The notes under the pieces are model-generated. The model made no database searches, had not been told where the DNA came from, and worked only from the letters and a program-made list of their open reading frames with translations. 41,665 bases of DNA from an uncultured Clostridia bacterium (lineage in GTDB: Bacteria; Bacillota; Clostridia; TANB77; CAG-508), in contig CANQZV010000003.1 of NCBI GenBank assembly GCA_947628425.1, positions 1 through 41,665 of the forward strand, given 5' to 3'. The position numbers were made by a program, and so were the translations under genes. Shown in pieces: positions 41,366 through 41,665 of the stretch (position 1 is the first letter of the stretch; every line of letters starts with the position of its first letter).

Positions 41366-41665
41366 TCATTTTTTATTACTTATTATTGCACCAATTTTAT
41401 AATTTTCATTTTTATTTTTTGAAAAATTTTTATCACTTTTTACAGCAACTAATCTAATCAATTTTTGTTTTTCTTTGTTCAATTTTAATTCAATTTCTTT
41501 TTCATTTTTGTTTGTATTTTTTGAAAATAATTCGTAATATTCTACTTCAAATTCTTTGTTTAATCTTTGCATATAATCATTTAATTGCTTATCATTTATA
41601 TTGACACTTGTTCTTATATATTTTTCTTCTCCATCTACTTCAATAGGAGCATAAATATCAAAAAT
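41366..41665 (-). CDS. Hypothetical protein, 3' part (runs off the window end)
   Basis: The frame is open from the window edge: IFDIYAPIEVDGEEKYIRTSVNINDKQLNDYMQRLNKEFEVEY...ISNKK*. Confidence 0.6.
   Translation of the reverse strand: MFDIYAPIEVDGEEKYIRTSVNINDKQLNDYMQRLNKEFEVEYYELFSKNTNKNEKEIELKLNKEKQKLIRLVAVKSDKNFSKNKNENYKIGAIISNKK

Noticed and set aside
1-41665. CRISPR array, tRNA, rRNA, IS transposase or DGR reverse transcriptase
   Set aside because: None seen: no regularly spaced direct repeats, cloverleafs or RT/transposase motifs in the ORFs.

Overview
Very AT-rich chromosomal window from a low-GC Clostridia-like Firmicute, probably a spore-former with a reduced genome (taxonomy is inference). 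It is mostly housekeeping: cmk-murD, rlmN-prpC-prkC-rsgA-rpe, spoVB/murJ-like, hup, aspS, dtd-pyrH-frr-uppS-cdsA-rseP-polC, pyrE-like, truB, fprA, and a TetR/MMPL pair. Two signals stand out. (1) The essential replicative polymerase gene polC is broken twice, and a putative spore gene once, by the same feature: an in-frame CGG codon followed by A, where skipping the C (reading GGA) restores the protein. By my manual scan these are the only three in-frame CGG codons in the called genes. This suggests CGG is not read as Arg but acts as a +1 frameshift or quadruplet (CGGA) signal; a systematic sequencing error still has to be excluded. (2) The window opens in the 3' end of a C-type-lectin/FGE-like gene with the hallmarks of a diversity-generating retroelement (DGR) variable region, with no reverse transcriptase or template repeat in view. 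Also present are an orphan VirD4/TraG-like ATPase, an MMPL protein with about eight ~80-aa internal repeats, and related structured intergenic elements flanking a MATE-like gene. I saw no rRNA, tRNA, CRISPR array or transposase.
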